DNA from: Phoronis australis
Lineage: Eukaryota > Animalia > Phoronida
NCBI GenBank assembly: GCA_002633005.1
Contig: NMRA01000303.1
Coordinates: 373,714-437,713, forward strand
Length of the DNA: 64,000 nucleotides
Direction: 5' to 3'
The first letter of the stretch is position 1, and every line of letters begins with the position of its first letter. Made by a program: the position numbers and the translations under genes. The notes beneath the pieces are model-generated. The model had not been told where the DNA came from and did not search any database. It saw nothing but the letters and a program-made list of their open reading frames with translations. Of the stretch, positions 1 to 14,100 are shown in pieces.

Positions 1-2015
1 ATACCAGCTGAATTCTATAAGTGTTTCCCTGAGGCCCTAGCAGAACTTCTCCACAAACTTTTTAATAGAATTTTCAATACCGAGCATTATCCATCCCAAT
101 GGTCAAAAAGTATTATTGTACCGTGTTACAAAAAGGGAGACAAATTTAATCCAAATAATTACAGAGGGATCTCCGTTATAGTATTAATAAAATTCTTACA
201 ACTATTCTTTACTCTCGTATAATTGAAGGGTCGAATAACACTAATTGTATCCCGGAAGAACAAGCAGACTTTAGGACTGGGTACTCTACAGTCGATAACA
301 TTTTTAACCTACAATGTATCATCCAGAAACATGTCACTAAACGGAAGGGGAAAGTATATTGTGCATTCGTTGATTTTAATAAGGCATTTGATAGTGTAGA
401 TATTTCCCGTTTATTTTATGCCCTTTTAACCAAAGGTTTGCATGGAAAAATATTTCTTATTTAACGCAGTATGTACGACTCTATACAATCGTGTGTTATG
501 GTACAGTCCCTGACCACAATTTATTTTAACTGTACAGTTGGCATCCGACAAGGATGTGTTTTAAGTCCCTGACTGTTCTCGGTGTTTGTTAGCACACTAG
601 TGTCTGATATTAGAGAAAATGTACTCAGAGGTATACGTGTTTCTCCGGGATGTGAAATAGGTTCTCTGCTTTTTGCTGATGATTTAGTGCTGGTGTCGAA
701 TACTGTTGCTGGGCTATAGATGAAGCTCAATGTCTTCGAAAAGTTTTGTCGAGACTGGAACTTGCAAGTTAATTTGGAGAAAACGAATGTTGTGGTATTT
801 AAGCGAGGAGGCATACTTTCAAGTAATGAAAGGTGGGTTTTTGGCAAGTAAGAAAGTAGAAACTAAATCGCACTACAAGTACCTAGGAATCACATTCTCC
901 TGCAGACTTAAATGGACATAGTGTTGTAGAGTACTTGCAAGCCAAGTTCGAAAAGCAATGAACGTTATTAAAGCCACTCTGTCAAACCTTAACTGTATTT
1001 CCCATGGAGTGCATTTTAAACTCTTTGACTCTATGATAATGCCCATGTTAACATATGGTGCAGAAATATGGGGAACATCAATGTGTGAATCTATTGAAAA
1101 AGTTCATAATGATTTCTGTAAATATGTTCTGAGATTGAGTATTAAAACGCCAAATGCTATGGCTCGTGGTGAATGTGGGAGACAATTGTTAATTACAAAA
1201 TATATGTGTAAACCAATTATCTATTGCACAAAATTACTAGATGTGGAAGAACATAGGTACCCACTGAAGTGTTATAGTATGCTTAGAGAACAAAGCGAAA
1301 ATGGTAATTGTAACTGGGCACACCTTGTAAAAGAATGTTTGTATAGGTACGGCAATGGAGAAGTGTGGTTATTTGGTCCAGGCAATAGTGCTGAGTTTAT
1401 TATGGTATTCAAACAGATATTACTGGATTATGGCGTACAGGAATGGCAACTGGAAGTAGGTAACTCAAATAAATATGAATTTTATAGTCTTATTCAACGT
1501 GATCTTGTCAGCGAGCAATATGTGAATTGTTTAAGCGCTTATTCGAGAAAAATACTTGCGCAATTTCGGTGTTCAGGTCACTCATTTAATATAGAGAAAG
1601 GGAGACATGTGGGTATTCATAGGTCACTCACTTAATATAGAGAAAGGGAGACATATGGGTATTCCTAGGTCACTCACTTAATATAGAGAAAGGGAGACAT
1701 ATGGGTATTCCTAGAGGTGAGAGAATATGCGGCATATGCTGTCTGGGTGAAATTGAAGATGAGCCTCATTTCATGTGTAGATGCCCTGTTCTTGGAGACC
1801 TTAGAAGAAATCTTCTACCAGAGCTTGTGAATGTTAACTATTCTCTTGTTAGGTTATTCCAACAGAAAAATCATGACAACATCCTGCGCCTCGCATTGTA
1901 TATTCAGAAGGCTATGGCTTTAAGTGAAGAACTGCTCTCCGTCTAACTATTCTGAATATGCGTTTGAATTTATGTATTTATGTATGAGTAGGCAAAGCCT
2001 ACGATGTACAATAAA

Positions 2016-2074
<59 letters not shown>
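1..2074 (+). mobile_element. Degenerate non-LTR retrotransposon (RTE/RTE-X-like), RT domain to 3' end, with (TAT)n tail
   Basis: Translates to RT motifs SIIVPCYKKGDKFNPNNYRGIS, YCAFVDFNKAFDSVD, GIRQGCVLSP*LF, LLFADDLVL, YKYLG, MLTYGAEIWG and C-terminal ERICGICCLGEIEDEPHFMCRCP; stops and frameshifts; AATAAA then (TAT)n at about 2017-2074. Confidence 0.9.
1576..1713 (+). repeat. 46-bp unit x3 inside the LINE C-terminus
   Basis: GGTCACTCAYTTAATATAGAGAAAGGGAGACATRTGGGTATTCMTA at 1576, 1622, 1668. Confidence 0.95.
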
Positions 2075-2075
<1 letters not shown>

Positions 2076-2079
2076 CTTG

Positions 2080-3135
2080 GTGTTTTTATCACACATTTAT
2101 TGTCATGGTCGAAAGCGACAAATACTCTCTCTCTCTTGTCAAGCAAATAAAGCGCATCACGTGTTTTGAAACTACAACGAAGATGTCGCGATATGCCCCC
2201 CATCACTTGCCTTTCAGTTATTTGATAAACTGGTGTATCCAACATTGTGTTATGGTGCCAAGATTTGGGGTTTTAAAGAATAGGAGTGTTTAGAAAAATT
2301 TCATTTAAAATTTTGTAAATGGACCCCGGGACTAGGCGGTTCTTGCTCTAACGCTGCAGTATTGGGTGAATGTGGGAGATACCCTATGCTTACGAGATAC
2401 TTTGTTAGCTATATTAAATACTTAATTAAAATTTTGAATATGCCACAGGAACGTTATCCAAGGGTCGCTTACAACATGTTGTACAGACTAGATGAAAATG
2501 GTAGACATATGTATAATTGGTCAAGCTCAGTCCGCAATTTATTGTCAATGTATGAATTCTATGATGTTTGGGTAAACCAAGGAGTCGTATGCCAAGAGTC
2601 GTATGTAAATATTTTCTCACAACGTGTTAAGGACTGTGCTTTGCAAAGATGGCAGTCCAATGTTGATTCCAACTCTAAGTTAAACTATTACAGAATTTTT
2701 AAGGTTGTATTTGAACATGAAAACTATTTAGAAATCGATAATCTTCCAATAATGTTCGTGCAAAGTTTTACGATGTGCAAACCACGAACTGGCAGTAGAA
2801 ACTGGTCGTCACGTAAATGTGATATATCAAGACAGAGTGTATACATTATACCCGAGGAACTGTGTCGAGGGTGAATATCACGCCTTTTCCGAAATCAGAG
2901 CTATGTTTTTAAGTGAGAGCCTCTGGACAAGTCCCTCTTTGTTTAAATTTCATATACTCTTATGTAATCCCGATACCTCAGTTGTGAAATATGTATACTA
3001 CACATCTAAAAAACAGAGCAGCTTGTGTATTACTGACTAGTGTGCATAGCACTCCAATGATCTTGTTTGTTTGTTTGTTTGTTGTACTTTGGGCCGATGA
3101 CCATGTGTACAAATAAATAAAGGAAAGAATAAAAC
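2080..3135 (+). mobile_element. Second 5'-truncated RTE-X-like LINE fragment
   Basis: YGAKIWG, EKFHLKFCK, SNAAVLGECGRYP, NWSSSVRNLL parallel the first element's C-terminal region; A-rich 3' end near 3110-3135. Confidence 0.8.
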
Positions 3136-4777
3136 GAATTAGCGTGCAAGTTCCACTTCAAGGACAGGATGTCAGTCATTCAAACTTCACACGAGCATTC
3201 ACCAATACTTAAAATTTAAAATTGGAAATATTATATTTCATGCCCGTACGGGGGGGGGGGGGTGATNTGGGGACCACCATACCGGCCGAATTTAATTTAT
3301 AATACCTGTACCTGTACGTTTTCAATTACCTCCGTAAGGCTCTTTTACCAAAAGTACCTTTAGCTGTAAATGAAAGTCAGCTGTCAATAAAGCAATCGAG
3401 AAAAGCTGTCAGATAATAGCAAACTAGGCAAATCTACGATTTTAGTTTTGTCGGCAGCTTTGTGCACCGCTCAAACTAGGCGCTTGCGATGGGAGAAGTT
3501 GATTTCTTTGAGCACGCGCGTTATTTGAGCCCTGGACACGCAGTGGTTACACAGCATTTCGATACGCAGCGGGTCGCCCTGGAATCTCCCCCGAAGGGCA
3601 AATTTTCTGGCAACTACTGTGAATCGGTGCTACTAGTTCGACGGCAATAAGCAAAAGATGCCCTGAATAGATTCTTGTGAAACAAGATGGGCAGTGCGTC
3701 ATAGTGCCTTTCTCCATTTCCACAAGGTGTATGCAGGGGGCTCGAGGTTCTGACGATGTGGACCTTTTACTAACAAAAAAGCGGGAAGACCAAAAAAATT
3801 AAAAAGGGGTACCAGGTTTGGAGCTGTGAATTGGACTTTTTTCTCGTTTTCTCGGTCTTTTTGTTTCTCTGAGGCGGACCTTTTTGCCCACTTCGCCAAA
3901 TGGGGGGGGGGGGGCTCCTTCAAGTCCCCCCTAGCATGTCTTTATAACAGGAAAACCCTTTGAACTCGTTGCCCTCAGACAGGCAGCGCTATATATGAGG
4001 AATGCGCAGAATTCGACGCCAGATGGGGTACTAAGTGCAGAAAGTGAGCCTGTTCACTGTTATCGGCAATCACCACGTTTGATTTTATTGTCACATTTCT
4101 GACAGTCTATCAGTATCATAGCTAAACAGTGGTATTAAAACAGTTACCAAATTTTGTTTGATTTAAGTGTTTAAGTTAAAAACCTCAAAAACTCTGTTAC
4201 ATTTATTTTTAATGTCGCTTCGATTTTGTTTATCCAACTTTTATTTTTTATCACAAAAGTTCTAAATTTTGATAAAGTAGTTTCTCATACAAAAGTGGAA
4301 CAGTTCAAAAACAACGATTTACCTTATTTCAGAGAACAGTGCACACAGCATGGTACCTGAAAGTTTCAAATAAATCCGATCAGCCATTTCCGATATATGA
4401 TGTTCCGAAGATAGCCAAATTTGGTCATTTTTCTAGAATCTGACATACATGTAATCATAAAGAGCTTTAGATGCCCGGATCTTTTGAAGAAAAGTAGTTG
4501 AATTTTGTAATCAGTAAGCTATTTAGTTGTCTAATGCTATCTACCAATGCATTTATAGTTGTTAAACTGAAGTCATTGTACATCTCTGAGGACAATTAGC
4601 AAGCCGCTTCATTATAGACACGTAGTTTAATGTCATTTCATTTCAGTTTCCTTAGCTTCTGTCACTGTATCATTTTGTACTGTAACTCAGAAATGGCGAT
4701 TTCAATGAACGAGGTTTTCGATCCTGTGTTACCCGACTGTCAGTTTCGTCAACTAGTATTTCACATATCATTATTTA

Positions 4778-4928
4778 GCTTTAAGGGGAGTCTCTCACTT
4801 AAAATGAGAGCCGAGAAGCCGCTTTAAGGGGAGTCTCTCACTTAAAATGAGAGCCGAGAAGCCGCTTTAAGGGGAGTCTCTCACTTAAAATGAGAGCCGA
4901 GAAGCCGCTTTAAGGGGAGTCTCTCACT
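4778..4928. repeat. 43-bp tandem repeat x3.5
   Basis: GCTTTAAGGGGAGTCTCTCACTTAAAATGAGAGCCGAGAAGCC at 4778, 4821, 4864, partial at 4907; no spacers. Confidence 0.95.
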
Positions 4929-6139
4929 NAATGCCTGCACAAGTATTGTTTTTAACTCACGTGCCAAGTGTCAACTCACTTGATACATCCCGGTAAAATA
5001 CAGTATCAAAGTTTGACATCAGCGTAGGCCTACACAGCAATGGGTTTTATGTCAAGACTAAATTAGCAACAGAAATGTGATGTGATAAGCTGTTACATAT
5101 TTCTTAAGACATTTTCGGGACTGGGTGAGGAACTCAAGAAGTATCAAAGAAATGGCATAAGAATATTTATTGAAACTAAAAAAATGAATAACAGTTACAG
5201 AACACTCAGAATTCCACGTTATAGACATACTGTTGTAGTTGTAGCGACAGCAGACGATAATGTAGGCCTAGTTCTTGGAGTAGTCTATTCCAATAGGGAG
5301 CGATGAATCACCGCGGCTTTGCGTGATTTTGCATTTCACATCATAAAGAGTTCCATAGCAACTCGAGTATGAGTGTCAGATTTGAGTACGTTTGGAGTCT
5401 ACTCGAAATACGACATTAGATACACTTTTTTGAGTACGACTCCAGTGAGCACGATTTTGAGTATGAAATCTCGAGTATGAGTATGAGTCTGAGTACGGAG
5501 ATTGGAGACCGGGCCCTGGTTTTACAAGTCCGAAGTCATCAAAATCCGTTGAGTGTTACGTTAACCGATAAGGTCAATGGCCTTGATTTCAGTTACTGTA
5601 GGTCAACACATTATAATCACATGCAAAGGGGATTACATGCAGCTGGTTTACAAATAATGCGAGCGCAACGAATAAATCAAATGTAAGTTTTCGAAGACTG
5701 TTCAAATTTCAATAAAAACGAACAATCAAATTAATACCTCCTTTTGGTGCGAAAACGTATGTCGAAATAATTGTCATGTAATCAAAGTTTTACGAACGCG
5801 ATAAAAAAATTTCTTTCAAATAATCATACAATATAGCATGGCTGTTTCAAATGTATATTTGACCATATTTACGAGACTTGAAATTCTTATAAAAACCACT
5901 TGCTCGAACGCGATTTTAACTTTTGCTCGGCAACAGAGGAGGTCGTAAGTGTTTGAAAAAGTTACATATGTTACATCAGATATTTTTTCTGAGTAAAGGG
6001 GGGAACTCTTCGCAATTTTCTATTGCAGAACAATGTTATACTATAATCATTTGTGTGCGCTTGGAACACTCGACTACTTCTTGTCTTGACTTAACCTCTT
6101 CTATGATTGGTTCACACTAAGACGGTTTTGGGGATGACC

Positions 6140-7535
6140 TTAAAGAGGTCTGGAACACGAAAAACAGACTAAATCGCATTATGCAAAGTGTAGTTCTCTT
6201 CCACTGAAACAGAATCCTGTTCACCAGGTGTTTTTTAAGCTTTGTTTGCAAATATTTCGATTTTCTTTTGACGTCCAATCATTTTCTTCTAAATTTGCTC
6301 ACAGTGAAGAACAGGGAAGCTCTGTAGTACACGTTGCGAGATGGTACTTTCTTCAGGAAGTATTTAAAATATACATGTATTTTTGACGAGCTTTTGCGTT
6401 CCAAAACTCTTTTTAAAGTAAGCAATATTGTCACCGAGCTTGAAGTTGTTGTAAATGTAGTTTTTATTCGACGGGCCTATCACCTTCATTTAAGAAATTA
6501 AGTTTAATGTTGTTTGATATTAACATATTTGGTTTAAAACGACATTACAGATAGGTCAAAAACCTAACTTTTGAGTAAAAATCAAATTCAGGGTTCTAAT
6601 CTCCGATCTCGAAATCTAAAATATTTTCTATTTTCCATTCTACATTAAAAGTAACATACTGTAAGTGTCTATTAGATGCCGTCAACATTAACCCTAGAAC
6701 AAGTTACCCCTGAAACGAGTCGTCACCAGGATTAATGGTAATGCAGACGCTACTTGCGTTGGGACAACGACTTGACAAGCGTCTGACTAGGTACGGTAAC
6801 TTGTTTTGGGATAACTTGTCCCAGCGTAAGTCATTGTGCGGCGCAAAATTCTTGACAGGGCGAAAGTAATTTTCAAGCTGTTATCTTGCTCAGTTACATA
6901 AATACGGATGTCTTATTCTGTTTAGAACATATTTGTAGCAAGGTGTAGGATATGTAGTGCCGACGATTGGTCCAACATAGGCAAGTTGCTCTATTCAAGG
7001 GTAAATTGTCGTGTGGACAATGATTTCATATTGTGCTCGACTGTATAATGGTGCACGCTTATGCACGTGCACCACAGTGGACTCGGACACAGACTGGTAG
7101 GCACCAATCTTGAATTTGCACCAAAGAACGGAAAATTTCAAAATAATTTCCATTTTGATTTCTAATAAAGATTAGATCCCGAGCCATGTTTGCTTGGGTA
7201 CTCAAACTCGAACAAATTGCGCTATTTGTAGCGTTTTGTATGAAATTGTCATTAGTTTTTCGTGTTAAGTGCGAACTTTTAAAAGAGCTGACTTTGAGTT
7301 GTGCTCGACTGCCTTGTGGTCCATGTAGATATGTACGCCATCCGGCCACGGTGCAGAGATTTGGATTTTAGACTAAAACCTGGTACTTAGTGTAGCCGAG
7401 GTCGTCGAGTGCGATCTTGCGTTTGCGTAAACCATAACGCAATCGAGCTCAAAACCAAAAGCACTTTTATCTGTCGCAAAGAACCCCTTTGAATAATGCA
7501 ATTTAGTCTGTTTTTCAAGTTCGAGGACTCTTCGA
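6140..7535. mobile_element. Non-autonomous DNA transposon remnant(s) with inverted ends (TTAA-AG terminus, Kolobok-like)
   Basis: 6141-6200 (TAAAGAGGTCTGGAACACGAAAAACAGACTAAATCGCATTATGCAAAG) is an imperfect inverted copy of 7479-7535; a shorter inverted end also lies at about 6385-6418. Confidence 0.5.
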
Positions 7536-8040
7536 AGCTGCATTTCGCCCCATTGAATTTTTAACCGAATCGCACTGGGTTTAAAAACATTAGGCCTACC
7601 ACGCTCATTGAATGGATCTTGATTTGTAGCCGGGTGAGCCTACCTCTCAAAGCACATGCAAGAAAGCGTGCATGCGCCATTTTCGAATTCACTATTCTAG
7701 AACTGGCCGTCCCCAATAAACCCTAAAGTGTTTTTTGAGTTGCTGGTGGCTTTGATGCTCATGTTGGTAACGGAAATAGAATCTTGTCACAGTAAGGAAT
7801 ATCATGACACCGATTTTAATAAAAAACCTAATTTGATTTTCACCTTTCACCAGCTATACGAGGTGAATTTCAGCATCAAGTTCTTCTCTAGCAACCAGAT
7901 TTGATGACGAAGAAAACAAGCATTGGGAGCCTAGACTGACAATTCTAAAACATGGACCACTCTACAGGGGGCGGCTGACGAACGGGAGTGTAAAACAGAG
8001 ACATTGTTGTTTAAAATATTTTGTTCATTATTTGTAGGAA

Positions 8041-8116
8041 ATGTCCTTGCGGAATGTCCCAGTTCTTGGTTTCGCCTTTCTGGCGCTGGTTGGATTATGC
8101 ATTGCAACAAAGCAAG
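8041..8116 (+). CDS. Gene A coding exon 1 (signal peptide)
   Basis: tttgtag|GAAATG; [25 protein letters not shown]; donor G|gtaggt, phase 1. Confidence 0.8.
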
Positions 8117-11100
8117 GTAGGTGTCAAACGGTGATCTGAAATATTCGCGCATGCTCAGTTTCGTAACAACTGGCTGAAGTGGTTCTATTTAAAGCTTCTA
8201 AAAACCCACTTTCCTAATTGCTGGAATTTCGTTATTGCATCGAGACCAGCCAAATGCGCTGGCCTGTCACAGCGGTCATTTCATGCGCCAAGCAGAGTAC
8301 CAAGCAATGACGAATTTCGGCTCTTCCCAGACCAAGAAATCACTTCTCATCTACATATGGAGCAAGCCTGATAGAAGCAAGTGGTCTAAATCGGAACGCT
8401 CTTTAACGAACGGTTGCTTAGTAAATACACATAAAGTAAAAAAAAAGAAAAAAACGTTTTGATACATTCCACAACACGCACCTGTGTGTCTACAGCAGTT
8501 TACCTATTAATGCCGTCAAAGAGTCACAGATAACACACGTGATATAATTTGCGTCTCTTGGGATCTCAATATATACATGTACGTGACATTGCAAGCAAGG
8601 AATTAATTAACATATGAAAGTGACGAACCGCAATGAACGAATGTACTGACACGTTGTTTTCCTGACCATGACCTTGGAAAGATGGTATTTGAAATGGACA
8701 GCTGCATGAATCAAATTTTTATTTCAGAATCGGAAAGCGAGAGAACGAAGATTTATCCTCGTGACCAAAGTCCAGCGGCGCCGAAACAAGGGGCGTTCCG
8801 CGATCTAGCCGCTCATTCTACCCAATATAAGATGTTTCCATATGGCAACATAGTCGGCGATACGCTGATGGGTACCAATGACGACGCGTGTGAGAAGTTT
8901 GTATTGAGCAAATCCATCAAATACATAGGCTCGACTTACAACAAGATATGGGTAAGTTACGGGTCTCGTGGGATCTCTGTGTCAAAATTGCAGACACCTA
9001 CAATGGATGTGGTGACCTACATGTAAATGAAAACAACAAAGTGTCAATCTACTCTTGTAGTCGCGGAAGGCATAAAGAATTTGAAAATAACGACAACAAC
9101 AAACCACTGCTAAAACCCTGACGTTTTGCATTATTATCTATAAAACATCTTCTTGCGAATGCAGGTAACTGCCGAAATCAGTTGATCCGCATCGGCCAAT
9201 TAGCTGCAAGTTGGAAGAGGTCAGGGGTCAGTTTCATGAACACTAATCAGAAATTTTGTCTTACGCTCGACACAACTATTTGTGAAAGATAATTAATTTT
9301 CAATATAGAAAAATAAAAAGTCTCTGAAAATACACTCATAACTGTTAGTGAATGATATAATTTGTATAAACTATATCTAGGCTGTGATATGCTAATAGCG
9401 TAGTTGCCTGACTAAATATTTATTCGCTAATCCCTTGCAAAATGTCCAAATTTGGTAAACTTTGAAACATCATCAACGTAACCCGAGTTCAGTATGTCCA
9501 TTGCACATTAACAAGAATTAATATTCATTTCATACAAGGCGATCATTGTAGGTCAAACACAATGTATCGCTCGTCAATTAATGATTCTTTGATGAATATT
9601 TTTTCCGTGATTGTCTCAGATAATAATCAGACCAGTCTCTGAAAAATACTGACAGGTCAAATGCTACTAAACCTTCTTTGGATAAGCTTAATATAAAAGG
9701 TATCAGAATTATTGCAATTAAGATATTATCAATGACGTCAATGACCCGCCTTCCAAAAAAACTTTTGCTTTTTTAGACTAAATTGCTCTTCACACTAGAA
9801 GATGATTTCATGGCTTGGGAAGAAGTGATGCATGGTTATTGTGTGAGACCAGACTCTAAATGGTGGCTTGTCACTGAGTGTCATGTAATGAGCAAAGTTT
9901 CAAGGAATAATGCACAGTCAGTTGTTTGTAAAAATAATGTAACGCGGGTTAATAATCCGTATATGCAAAAACAAGACCACCAGCTCACAATGTTCATTTA
10001 AATTGCTGTACAGGTCTGCAATAATGGTCTCATAACATTCGACGGCCACTTGTCTTGGTACACACCGAGACCAATGGGGAGTCCATCCCAGAGCAGGAGG
10101 CTAATCGCCGCATATTGGGCAGATATTGACACCAGGTTTGGACTGGGAGGCGAGGTTTACTACGGGCAGCACACCAGTGGATCCCTTTTGAATCAAGGCA
10201 AAAGTCTTGTAGAGGGAGCGCTACAAGGCATTCCCAACTTCAACCCGACAATTGTTGTTGTTGTCACGTGGCACGAATGCACGTTCTATGGAGCTAACGC
10301 CATTGGACGTTTGAGGGTAGGTACGAGGCTGTTGTTTGCTGTTTTACTGTTTTATGTATTTTGCTTCCGTTTTGTTTTGGCAATAATGTTGAGGATATTC
10401 TTCTGCTTGTCCATTTTGTAATCACATCCCAGGAACTTTGGCACATTTAATTCTGTATTGTGAATTTGCTAGCCCTTTTTGGGAAGATATTTCTCAGTTT
10501 TGTTTAATCGATGATAATCGATGATAATTATGAAACGATAATTAACAATAGAGCTCCTTTTAGAAATAACGAATTTTGATTGTAGCGAAATATCACATAT
10601 ACCGTCAAAGATTGGGGGGGGGGGGGGNNNNNNNNNNNNNNNNNNNNNNNNNNNNNNNNNNNNNNNNNNNNNNNNNNNNNNNNNNNNNNNNNNNNNNNNN
10701 NNNNNNNNNNNNNNNNNNNNNNNNNNNNNNNNNNNNNNNNNNNNNNNNNNNNNNNNNNNNNNNNNNNNNNNNNNNNNNNNNNNNNNNNNNNNNNNNNNNN
10801 NNNNNNNNNNNNNNNNNNNNNNNNNNNNNNNNNNNNNNNNNNNNNNNNNNNNNNNNNNNNNNNNNNNNNNNNNNNNNNNNNNNNNNNNNNNNNNNNNNNN
10901 NNNNNNNNNNNNNNNNNNNNNNNNNNNNNNNNNNNNNNNNNNNNNNNNNNNNNNNNNNNNNNNNNNNNNNNNNNNNNNNNNNNNNNNNNNNNNNNNNNNN
11001 NNNNNNNNNNGGGGGGGGGGCACTTTACCCTCTATTTATGCTTTTGAGAATACTTTAAAACAGTTTTATATCACGGAGAAATATATTTTTGGAAAGAATA

Positions 11101-14100
11101 GACAGCTTCATAGATTTGGAGATAGATGGTCAAATTTTACCCATGCTGTCTAAGACTAAGCGTGGCTGAGTTATTGGAAATAAATGTTTTAAACGTAAAA
11201 ATATATGTACATAAAGCAAACTCGATTAAAACATTTTCATAATTTTACTGTGTAGTCAGAAACAAACATCATCTGTAAATTTTGCCTAGCATTTAACTTA
11301 GCACATTAATACTCAGTTCTAGTGTTGTAGAAAACATATATTCCAGACATGATAATTAAAACTGCCATGTCTACTTAACATACAGTAGAGTGAAGCTAGT
11401 TATTACACAAAACTAAATTGTCATGGGTGAATCCAGGACACTGTAGAAAACTTATCAAAATCGATGGTGATTAATTCCGAAGGTCTACAAGTACGAAGGT
11501 ATACCAGTCTGAAAATGAAAAGTTTGTTATCAACTAGGCCTACTTCAACAATATAACGTGTCGAATTCCAGCAACTGCTTAAATCAGCTTTTAGACGCCT
11601 GACTAGTTCCTTCAAAATCGACCACTTCCTCTTGGCACGAGGCTCACAACGGTTATTATCAAATAAAATGTTCCGGAATTTACCAGCGCTTAGTCTGAGT
11701 ATCCGACGACCAAGTGCCCCTTAAAACGTTCCAAACGAGAGCGCTCGGAGGAGCGACACTTGGCAAAATTAAGCGAAAAGACGGCGCAGTTGTAGTGATT
11801 GTGTGCTATAATAATTGTACCAATTTTCAGCCCTATACGTCGAAAAATGCGGCCTCTATGAGCAATCTCTTCATGGTCTTGTTCAATAAAAGCTAAACCA
11901 ACATCAGTGCAGCAAGACGGTCAATAAAGGAACAGCGCTATCAGAAAATCCCAAATAAATAAAAAAGTAGACGTCCTAGCGAAAAATTAGAAATATCTTC
12001 TGAAAGCCCGTTCAAAATTTTATCTAACCTGGCAGTTTTGTAACATTCCATAAATTTTTTGAAAAAAATGAATTTTTTTGAAATAACTCGAGAACGGTAA
12101 GTCTGATAAAAACGTTATCGCAGAACTTTTGAAAGAGCATACTTCAAGGAATCCACATGCAAAAATTCACGTCATTTTCTCTACCTTATCCGACTTACAG
12201 ACCGCACTTATTGCCATTCGTCGGACTTGTTCGGACTTGTGAACTTTCGTTTTTTAAATGTTTTTTGAAAATGCTTGCGTTTTTCAGACTTACGGAATTT
12301 CATGTAAACCTTAGGACTATCGAGAGTTACCCAATTCCACCCATACTTGGCGGTACATCTGTCTAACCTGATGAAACAGGAAGGTTGAGCCAGGGATTTA
12401 ATCATTTAACAGAAAATTGACCTCTGAATTAAATCGACCTTGATGACCGAGACACAGCTTGATGACACAGGCGACTCCAAATATTGCACTTTTCATAACT
12501 GTACAAAAGTATTTAAATTCGTTTAAACACAGGCTGTATAAAAATTGGAACTCACGTTATAGGGAGAACTGCTCCAATACGGCTGCTTGCAGCGCCACCA
12601 TTGCCGGATATCCTATGTGTACTACTGGAAAGCAGTGCGTAGTTGGTCACCTCAAATGAGGACGCGGAGTCTCCGGCAAATTCGTTATATTTCGGGGTAG
12701 GGCAAAATCGTGCAAAGTTCTGCGCTGATTGACGAAAACTCAACCGTTGGAAGTCGTTTTTTTATTTCCCTACTAAGGGAGGGTCACAGGACCTAGGAAT
12801 GGAAGAGTATCTATTTTCAGTGGTTGGTTTTCCGGCAATAGACGTTTTATATTGAGGACGCGGAATCTCCGGCAAATTCGCTGTGGTTCGGGGTAAGACA
12901 AAATCGTGCAAATTTGTGCGCCGATTGACGAAACTCAACCGTTGGAAGTCATTTTTTTCTATTTCCCTAACAATGGAGTGCCAGAGGATCTAGGAATGGA
13001 AGGGTATTGATTTTCAACAATTGGTTTTCCGGCAATGGACGTTTTAAGTGAGGACGCATAGTCTCCGGCAAATTCACCGTGGTTCGGGGTAGGGCAAAAT
13101 CGTGCAAAGTTCTGCGCCTATTGACGAAAACTCAACCGTTGGAAATCGATTTTTCTTATTCCCTACTAAGGGAGGGCCAGAGGACCTAGGACTGGAAGGG
13201 CATCGATTTTCAATGGTTGGTTTTCCGGCAATAGACTTTTTAAACGGTATGAATACGCAGTTGAGTTTCGCGGAAAATCTCATAAAGTAGGCTTAACAAT
13301 CAATTCTCGTGCCAGCTGAAAACGGAGTCTACTCATCTTTGTCTGTTTATAGAAAACTTTCGTACTCTGCTCAAGCAGTATCGAGTGACTGGAGTTTTTG
13401 CAAGTATTGCCACATCAGTTAGTGAAAATTAACGGCCTTACGGAGTCATAACTGACTTAGAATGGTTTGTCTTAAACTGAAATCTAATCGACAGGAATGT
13501 CGGGACCTGCAGGTCTGGCCAAAAATATTCAAAACAGTAATAGTCATAACAATAGCAATCACAGTAACAGTGCGAATAACGATATAAAAATAAAAATTGC
13601 GGTCTGGTACACGTTGTGGTGAGCAGACTGCTAAGGTAGGTCCGCAGCAGTAATCTCCTGAAACCATTTTTTATATTTTATTAATGCATATATAAAACCT
13701 AAATGAGGATGTAAAGACTTCAGTTAAGGAAGTGGCCAGTTATTCCACTAAGCCACACTGCTTCCATCTATAACTGAATAACAATAAAAATAGCAACAAA
13801 AAATAACAATAGAAATAACGACGGCAATGATAATGATAATGGTAAAGAAATGACAAAAGTCTAGTAAGAGATATGGCAATAATAATAACAATCACAATGA
13901 TACCAATAACAAAGTAATAGTAATAAAACCATATTATTCGAATACTTGCAATTTACACTTACTATTTTGCAGCGCAACACTTTCCAGCTTGTCCTTGTGT
14001 CAGACGGGCCAAGGACCTTCGGCTTCAAGATTTACGACAAGCTTCAATGGACGACTGGCACCGCCAGCGGGGGCTCTGCAAACACGGGACTGGGCGGAGT

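Noticed and set aside
1924-2169. ORF with poly-Ile that looks like a membrane segment
   Set aside because: Translation of the (TAT)n LINE tail
4778-4928. Possible CRISPR array (repeat with internal hairpin)
   Set aside because: Units are head-to-tail with no unique spacers, no cas genes, eukaryotic context
10469-11058. Long ORFs on both strands
   Set aside because: Artefacts of the N gap
12368-12420. Hammerhead ribozyme core (CTGATGA...GAAA), also at about 34343 and 36203
   Set aside because: No compatible stems I-III could be formed
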